A DNA stretch of 64,000 bases from assembly GCA_024641325.1 (NCBI GenBank), contig JAHEDJ010000002.1, positions 74,365 to 138,364 of the forward strand, written 5' to 3'. A program made the position numbers and the translations under genes. The stretch comes from a bacterium. Its GTDB lineage: Bacteria; Actinomycetota; Acidimicrobiia; Spongiisociales; JAHEDJ01. This document shows positions 58,211 to 64,000 of the stretch, in pieces. The first letter of the stretch is position 1. Each line of letters starts with the position of its first letter. The notes beneath the pieces were generated by a model that was given only the letters and a program-made list of their open reading frames with translations, made no database searches and was not told the origin of the DNA.

Positions 58211-58624
58211 ATGCAAAAGATTGCCTCAGCAATTCATGACGAAGGCATCGCCTTCAACGTTCGAACCCGCTCCGGTCATGACATTCGAGTCGAGGGCTCG
58301 GATGCCGAGGTGCAGTCGGGACCGGGGCCCATGGAGTTGCTTCTCGTCGGTTTGGCTACCTGCAGCAGTACCAATGTTGTAGAGATGCTGACGAAGATGC
58401 GACAGCCGTTCATGTCGCTCGAGGTGGACGTCTCGGGCGAGAGGGCTCCGGATCCGCCGCGGATTTGGACGGACATCGCACTGCACTATCGGATAGTGGG
58501 CAACGTCGACCCGCGCCGGTTGGAACGAGCGATCTGGCTGAGCGACAACAAGATTTGCTCGGCATACACCATGCTGTCCGCGGTTGCGAACATCCAAAGC
58601 ACCTATGAGATAAGCCCTGAGTGA
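58211..58624 (+). CDS. OsmC/Ohr-family peroxiredoxin-like protein.
   Basis: Has the OsmC fold motifs (LLLVGLATCSSTNV, ICSAYTML). The start was moved to the internal ATG 58211. Confidence 0.65.
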   Translation: MQKIASAIHDEGIAFNVRTRSGHDIRVEGSDAEVQSGPGPMELLLVGLATCSSTNVVEMLTKMRQPFMSLEVDVSGERAPDPPRIWTDIALHYRIVGNVDPRRLERAIWLSDNKICSAYTMLSAVANIQSTYEISPE

Positions 58625-58643
58625 TACGCCGAGGGATCTTCGC

Positions 58644-59534
58644 TCAGCTCGAGATGTAGCTCACCCGATCCCGGCCCATCCGGTCCCAGAGGGCCACGCC
58701 GGTCACGGCTGCCCACACGGGGGAGAGCGCCACGATTCCCGCTCCTCCCGCCATGGCGAAGGCAAGGAGACCCGTGCCCAGCGCGCCCATCCGGGCGCTC
58801 TGCAGGCGCCCGACCTCCAGGAGGGTGTTGGTGTGATCGGCGCGGGTAGCGGGTTCGTAGATCCGGAGGCTGAGCCCGGCGAAGAGGCCGACGCCCAGGA
58901 TCATGATCGCTCCCAGTGTCGGGAGCTGCCAGCTAGTGGGCAGGCCGGTTACCACGGCGCCTGCGGTCGCTGAAGCGGCAACCAGGAAGGCGCCGATGAG
59001 TTGGAACCTCGGCGCAGGCGTAGGCAGCCGGTGGTCTCTGGCAACGGCGAACGCAAGTGCCAGGCCGGCTGCCCAACCGGCGGTCGAAGTTCCGCCAGCG
59101 TAGGCGACGCCGACCAGCGCAAGCACGTCGAAGAGGGTAGGGGGCAGGCCCGTGGATCGGTGAAGTACCCGGCTCGTCACGAGTGCCAGAGTCACCGGGA
59201 GCAGGAGGGCCTCTCCGAAGAAGGCGATCGTGGCTCCGGCGAAGATGCCGCTCAGCGCTGCCGAGTTCGGGCGATCTGGGTCGAGTTCCCGCGCGACTGC
59301 CCAACCGAGGAATGATCCGACACCCGCGTTGAATGCGTACCCGAGCGCGCCTTTCGTGTCGAGGTTGACGGCGAGCGCGAGTGCCCCCGAGGCGATAGAG
59401 ATCAGAAGCGCTTTTCGATGCGACGGCAAACGCGGGTCGATGGCTCGTGCAAGCGTGGTCAGACGAAGCGCGGACCGACCGGAGTCTGCGGCGGGTTGCG
59501 AATTCTCGAGGTCGTTTTCCATGTCATCGTTCAT
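58644..59534 (-). CDS. Polytopic membrane protein of unknown function.
   Basis: A 296-aa ORF with about 8 hydrophobic helices. Confidence 0.45.
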   Translation of the reverse strand: MNDDMENDLENSQPAADSGRSALRLTTLARAIDPRLPSHRKALLISIASGALALAVNLDTKGALGYAFNAGVGSFLGWAVARELDPDRPNSAALSGIFAGATIAFFGEALLLPVTLALVTSRVLHRSTGLPPTLFDVLALVGVAYAGGTSTAGWAAGLALAFAVARDHRLPTPAPRFQLIGAFLVAASATAGAVVTGLPTSWQLPTLGAIMILGVGLFAGLSLRIYEPATRADHTNTLLEVGRLQSARMGALGTGLLAFAMAGGAGIVALSPVWAAVTGVALWDRMGRDRVSYISS

Positions 59535-59889
59535 ACGTCGCGCCCCCGCCTGCCGGATGTCACCCCGGCGGGCGGTGCCGTCGTGGCGTTCTCAAAGGTA
59601 GTACAGCCACCAGTTCGTCGTGGCGACCCGGGATGGGTTCACGGCCGACGTCTCTGCGAGCGGTCTCGTGATCCCACTTCTCATACATTTCCCAGCACGA
59701 TTCAGAGCAGAACTCTGATGCTTCGTCACGTTTGCCTCCGTCCCACAGACAACGCGTGTACGAGGCCCGCAGCCAGGGCGGGTCCCACACCGGGTGATAA
59801 GCCCGATCGGGGAAGCTCACGTCGGTCATCAACTACCAGTCTGCCCCAACGAGAGGAAAATCCCTAGCGCTCTCCCTGAACTGAAGGGA

Positions 59890-60354
59890 TCAAGCAGTCC
59901 GGTGGAGTTCTGCTTCGAGATGAAACTGGAATGGCTGGCCGACGGCCTCCATATCAAGGCGATAGCGCAGGCCGTTGCCCGTCGTCTCGAGTCTCCGTCC
60001 AACGGTCACGATCTGTTTGGCGGTCGGAGTAAGGAGCACTCCGGTGCTCTTGAGGTCAATAGTTGAACCGTCGAGACTGCCAACGTGGACCTCGGCGATG
60101 CCGCTCGGCTGGGCAAGGACGAGTTCGACCCCGGCATCGCCCATTCGGAAATAGCCCGCCTCCGTATGCAGCGGAGCGCCACCCGGCCGTCGCCAGGTTC
60201 TCTGGTGATAGAACAGAAACGGCTTGCCCACATGGTTGATGCTGATCTCCTCGTCGTACTCGAACGGATCAATCGTTGGGTACTCGCCGCGACCCTTCCC
60301 GTTCCAGGTTCCCAACAGGAATGCAAGTGGTTGAATGTCGGGATGCATGTCCAC
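59890..60354 (-). CDS. Nitrobindin/THAP4-like heme-binding beta-barrel protein (DUF1794).
   Basis: Has LLGTWNGKGRGEYPTIDPFEY and the conserved His context at 154 aa. Confidence 0.7.
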   Translation of the reverse strand: MDMHPDIQPLAFLLGTWNGKGRGEYPTIDPFEYDEEISINHVGKPFLFYHQRTWRRPGGAPLHTEAGYFRMGDAGVELVLAQPSGIAEVHVGSLDGSTIDLKSTGVLLTPTAKQIVTVGRRLETTGNGLRYRLDMEAVGQPFQFHLEAELHRTA

Positions 60355-60433
60355 CGTTGTGCCTCCTCTTTCGGGATTGGAGTTCTGAGGCTAGGGCATT
60401 CGATACGCCTATTCGGTTGGGCGTAGTGCGGTT

Positions 60434-62524
60434 GTGCCTACTCTGTCCTCGATGTTCGACCGGATAACGCAAGCCTTCAGCGCCTCTCGTCGTGCGGCCG
60501 GTGAAACCGGCGATACCGCCTGGACGTTGGCGCTCGCCGCTCTCGTGGGTGTCGGCGTCGGCGGTGCTGCAGTTCTCTTGATTGCCGCGGTTGAGCTAAT
60601 CGCCGACGTCTTCTCCGAAGCGGGGGAAATGTCGGGCATTGGTGACTGGATGGTCTTCATTTCTCTTCCCTTCGGATTCTTAGGTGCCTGGTGGGTTGCA
60701 AAACACTTCGCTCCTGAGGTCGAGGGCGATGGCGTCCCCGAAGCAGCCGAGGGCCTGGCCTTGCATGGTGGATATCTGGGGAGTAGATCGGTGCCCTTCA
60801 AGATCATCGCAACTGCCCTGACGCTCGGAGGGGGAGGGTCCGCGGGCAGGGAAGGCCCTGTGGTGCAGATCGGGGCGGCGGTCGGCTCGTTCGTTTCACG
60901 AAAGGCCCGTCTCGGTGAGGATCAGATCAGGAGCATGGTGGCTGCCGGCGCAGGTGCTGCGATCGGCGCGAGTTTCAATGCTCCGATCGCCGGGATGTTG
61001 TTCGCTATGGAGGTCATTCTTCGCAGCTTCGCCGCCCGACATCTGAGCTCGGTCGTGGTCGCTTCTGTCGCCGCTGCCGTGACGACCGAGGGGTTGTCCA
61101 ACACCTTTGGTTTGGACGAGGTGCTGCTGGTGGCTTTCCCATTCGGGATGGAAGATTCCCGGGAATTCTTCCTGTATCTGCTGCTTGGTCTGGTCGTAGT
61201 CGTAGTGGCCTGGGCATTTCTGCGGTCGCTCGACATCATGGAGACGGTGGCGGCTCGTTTACCGGGGCCGACATGGCTTCGGCCGGTGCTGTTTGGACTC
61301 GTCGTTGCCCTGATCGGTTTCTTCGAGCCGCAGGTGCTGGGAACCGGCCAGGAATTCACTCGCCAAACGCTTCAGCTGGTCTCGGAGGGCGATGACGTTT
61401 GGTGGGCGCTGCTGTTGCTGGTTCTCCTCAAGCTGGTCGCCACCTCGGTGACTCTTTCGTCGCGCGGTTCCGGCGGCGCCTTTATGCCTTCGCTGTTCCT
61501 CGGTGCAGCGCTGGGGGCAGCATTCGGGGAGTTTCTCGCTCCGCACTGGACGATCTCTGTGCTGGCGCCCGGCGCTTTCGCCATCGTCGGGATGGCCGCC
61601 ATGTTCGCGGCCGTTGCCCGCGCCCCCTTGACAGCCATCCTGATCGTGTACGAAATCATCGGCCGCGACTATGCGCTGATTCTTCCCTTGATGCTGGCGG
61701 CGGCCATAGCGACGACGCTTACGGAACTCATCCATCCGGAAAGCGTCTACACCATGCCACTCAGGCGTCGCGGCATAGTGTTGACCAGCGTCGGCGAAGT
61801 CGATCTCCTGGACACGATTTCTGTTGGCGAGGTCATGTCTGCCAGCGCTGCGTTCGCGGAACCGGCTATGACGCTGCTCGAGGTGCAGCAGTTGTTGGAT
61901 CGCAACCGGCATCATGGTGTGGCAGTGCTTCATGAAGATCGTCTCGTCGGCTTGATCACAGTTAGCGACATCATGCGCGCCGGAGGGGCACGTGACGACC
62001 TCACCGTCTCGCAAGCAATGACTGCCAGACCCATAACCGTTCAACCATCGACACCGGTGTCTGCCGCCCTCGAGCGCATGGCGGCACTGGGAATCGGCCG
62101 GATGCCGGTCGTGGCCGATGACGATCCGGGACGTCTCGTTGGAATGTTCCGCCGTGAGGACGCGGTGCGGTCTTATCACTATGCACTCGCTACCACTACC
62201 GGACGAAGGCTCGATCGTCAACGAATGGCGACCCGAACAGACCCCGGCACCAGGTTCTTCGACTTCCGTGTGCCGCCCGGCTCTTTTGCAGACGGGCGCC
62301 CGCTTCGCGAGATCGCCTGGCCGGAAGGGTGCACCATCGTCTCGGTTCGGCGTCACACAGAAGTCACCGTGCCAACGGGAGACACGCATTTACGTGCCGG
62401 TGACGTGGTGACCGCTTTCGGTACGACCCGCGGGCAGAATCGGATGATTGAACGGCTGAACGCTACGGGCGATGAGCCGACGGCAGAAATCCAGCTAGAG
62501 GACCGCATCGAAGACGAGCAGTGA
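60434..62524 (+). CDS. ClC-family chloride channel/antiporter with C-terminal CBS pair and TrkA-C domain.
   Basis: Has the selectivity motifs GREGPVVQIG and GSGGAFMPSLFLGAALG, followed by two CBS modules and a C-terminal RCK_C-like VVTAFG segment. Confidence 0.85.
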   Translation: MPTLSSMFDRITQAFSASRRAAGETGDTAWTLALAALVGVGVGGAAVLLIAAVELIADVFSEAGEMSGIGDWMVFISLPFGFLGAWWVAKHFAPEVEGDGVPEAAEGLALHGGYLGSRSVPFKIIATALTLGGGGSAGREGPVVQIGAAVGSFVSRKARLGEDQIRSMVAAGAGAAIGASFNAPIAGMLFAMEVILRSFAARHLSSVVVASVAAAVTTEGLSNTFGLDEVLLVAFPFGMEDSREFFLYLLLGLVVVVVAWAFLRSLDIMETVAARLPGPTWLRPVLFGLVVALIGFFEPQVLGTGQEFTRQTLQLVSEGDDVWWALLLLVLLKLVATSVTLSSRGSGGAFMPSLFLGAALGAAFGEFLAPHWTISVLAPGAFAIVGMAAMFAAVARAPLTAILIVYEIIGRDYALILPLMLAAAIATTLTELIHPESVYTMPLRRRGIVLTSVGEVDLLDTISVGEVMSASAAFAEPAMTLLEVQQLLDRNRHHGVAVLHEDRLVGLITVSDIMRAGGARDDLTVSQAMTARPITVQPSTPVSAALERMAALGIGRMPVVADDDPGRLVGMFRREDAVRSYHYALATTTGRRLDRQRMATRTDPGTRFFDFRVPPGSFADGRPLREIAWPEGCTIVSVRRHTEVTVPTGDTHLRAGDVVTAFGTTRGQNRMIERLNATGDEPTAEIQLEDRIEDEQ

Positions 62525-62720
62525 GCGATGAGCAAGAATGCCCCCGGCCATTGGCCGCCGGCCGGCTGTGACGGCAGTCGTCACGGTTTCGCGCAGACGA
62601 TTCTCGCGCGACAGTCGGATTTCGCGCTTTCGACTTCGCAGTTCGCGATTGTCGTATTCAATGCGGGTGTTGATCGCCGATACATATCCGAAGGTTCGCA
62701 GGCCAGAGGCCAATGGCCCC

Positions 62721-63197
62721 TCAGAGATACACCCCGGGGTAGTCTTCGTTTTCCTCTGTTGCCGGCAGGGCGGGAGGTTTCTGCATCTGCTGGAGTTGTG
62801 CCCGTGTGGCCAGTTGCTGGCTGAACAGCGACGCCTGGATGCCATGGAACAAGCCTTCGAGCCAGCCGATTAGCTGTGCCTGAGCGATGCGTAGCTCAGA
62901 CTCGCTCGGGGTGTCGTTGGTGATGGGAACGAAGATGTCGTTGAACTCCTCGCGGAGATCTTCCGATAGGACGCCCTCGAGTTCGGCCAATGTGCGCTTG
63001 TGAACGTCCAGCAAGCGACGCCTGCCTGCTTCGTCGATCGGCGCTTGTCGCACTTCATCGAGCATCGCTCTGGTCATCGAGGCAAGCCTGATCAGTTTCG
63101 TCGGATGGGTGACGAAACTCTCTTCGCCGTTGGTGCCGGTCGATTGGGGGGTTTCGACGACCTCGGGATGAAGCGGTTCTCCGTGTTCGGTGGGCAT
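62721..63197 (-). CDS. bpa: Bacterial proteasome activator Bpa (PafE).
   Basis: Closely matches the mycobacterial Bpa core ELRIAQAQL(I/V)GWLEGLFHGIQ(A/T)(S/A)LF(S/A)QQ(L/M)A(T/A)RAQLQQM. The C-terminus is GVYL where GQYL is canonical. Confidence 0.8.
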   Translation of the reverse strand: MPTEHGEPLHPEVVETPQSTGTNGEESFVTHPTKLIRLASMTRAMLDEVRQAPIDEAGRRRLLDVHKRTLAELEGVLSEDLREEFNDIFVPITNDTPSESELRIAQAQLIGWLEGLFHGIQASLFSQQLATRAQLQQMQKPPALPATEENEDYPGVYL

Positions 63198-63360
63198 CGT
63201 CCTCCTTGGATGCTGCTGCTTCGAAGCTTAGAGGCGTCCATGGCCTCGCAGACTGTGCATCGCAGAGAAGACCCGCCTCCCACGAAAGGGAAGGCCGGCT
63301 CCATGGATGTTCGTTGCATTTCGCCTATGTTTGTGTCTCGACAAACGGAGGGGACCTACC

Positions 63361-63990
63361 TTGTTGACGATCGTGCGCCGAATACTCGCCTTCTGGCGAC
63401 CGCATCGCTGGCTCGGCGCCGGTCTGATTGCGACCATGCTCCTCAAGGCGCTGTTCACCGTGGTCTTGGCGCTCAGCATCAAGGTAATCATCGACGGTGT
63501 CCTCGCGGATGGCCCGGATACGTCGCCGGGTTCCATCCTGGTTCTACTCGTCGTGGGATTCCTCGTCTCGGCGTCGGCCGGGATTGCCAACGGCTATCTG
63601 GCCGCGAGGGCAGGAGCCGAGATCCTGGCCGACGTGCGGCTTTCGTTGTTTGATCGGCTCCAGGAGCTATCTATCGGGTTCCATAGGAAATCGCAAACGG
63701 GTGACCTCCTCGCCCGCTTCGCCACCGATGTCGCGCAACTCTCGAACGGCGTGATTCGGCAACCACTTGTCGGTATGACGAGCTTCGCGGCCGTCCTCTT
63801 CTATGTGCCGGTCATGATGTTGCTGGAACCTCGGCTGGCGACTCCGGCGGTCCTGATGATGCCCATTGTCGTCTACCTCGTCAATCGGCTGGCACCGGAC
63901 GCGGATCAGGCACTTGACGAAGAGAAGCGACAGATCGCCGCCGTCCTCAGCAGCGTGTCGGAGAATCTTCGGGCTCAGCCGATCGTGCGC
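63361..63990 (+). CDS. N-terminal transmembrane domain of an ABC exporter (MsbA-like type I), running off the right edge.
   Basis: The open frame reaches the window end with an ABC-exporter N-terminus ILAFWRPHRWLGAGL. A TTG start at 63361 has GGAGGGG 7 nt upstream; an in-frame ATG at 63307 is an alternative. Confidence 0.65.
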
Positions 63991-64000
63991 GCTTTCGGGT

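Noticed and set aside
59560-59832. A 90-aa Cys-containing ORF (MMTDVSFPDRAYHPVWDPPWLRASYTRCLWDGG...CSESCWEMYEKWDHE) in the spacer between the membrane protein and nitrobindin genes.
   Set aside because: The N-terminal half looks protein-like, but the C-terminal third is Arg/Pro-rich junk and no SD was found. It may be a shorter real gene, but it cannot be supported from sequence alone.
1-64000. Mobile elements, prophage, integrative islands, toxin-antitoxin or defence islands.
   Set aside because: There are no integrase, transposase, recombinase or phage structural genes. The tRNA-Thr and tRNA-Arg show no flanking direct repeats or adjacent integrase. The region is core-genome in character.

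Overview
This is a high-GC chromosomal core segment, actinobacterial in character, with gene order typical of Actinomycetota and Firmicutes. Almost every base is coding, with many 4-bp ATGA overlaps, and there are no integrases, transposases or CRISPR arrays. Housekeeping content: DUF2520 fragment, panC, lysS, a polyprenyl diphosphate synthase, clpC, a YhhQ-like queuosine-precursor transporter, and a BMP-family nucleoside ABC transporter (lipoprotein, tandem ATPase, two permeases). The block radA, disA (c-di-AMP synthase), carD, a YacL-like PIN/TRAM protein, ispD, ispF, cysS and rlmB is conserved. Further on are a five-gene branched-chain amino-acid ABC operon (liv-type), AlaX-like, WS/DGAT, a GGDEF-EAL enzyme, tryptophanase-family lyase, gdhA, OsmC, nitrobindin, a ClC channel with CBS domains, bpa, and two tRNAs, Thr(TGT) and Arg(CCT). 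The most interesting unexplained content is listed in the findings. (1) At 2953-8424, a divergent pair of a FliA/WhiG-family sigma factor and a coiled-coil FlgN-like protein followed by a degenerate GGDEF protein that keeps its RxxD I-site sits next to an operon of CheY-like receiver, membrane HEAT-repeat protein and processive GT2 synthase, a candidate c-di-GMP-wired sigma/anti-sigma switch controlling an exopolysaccharide synthase. (2) A secreted S8 subtilase carries a C-terminal array of about 19 Trp-x4 pentapeptide repeats (WSGLS) and is paired with an upstream 83-aa secreted peptide gene that shares its unusual extended leader. (3) CarD carries an N-terminal histone-H1-like AKKA repeat tail that includes a 96-bp near-perfect tandem duplication. 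(4) HEAT-repeat modules are associated with glycosyltransferases twice (HEAT plus GT2, and a HEAT-GT4 fusion with a GT1). (5) Two families of 7-bp tandem repeat arrays recur in intergenic DNA. All functional calls are inferred from motifs read directly in the translated ORFs. No database searches were run.
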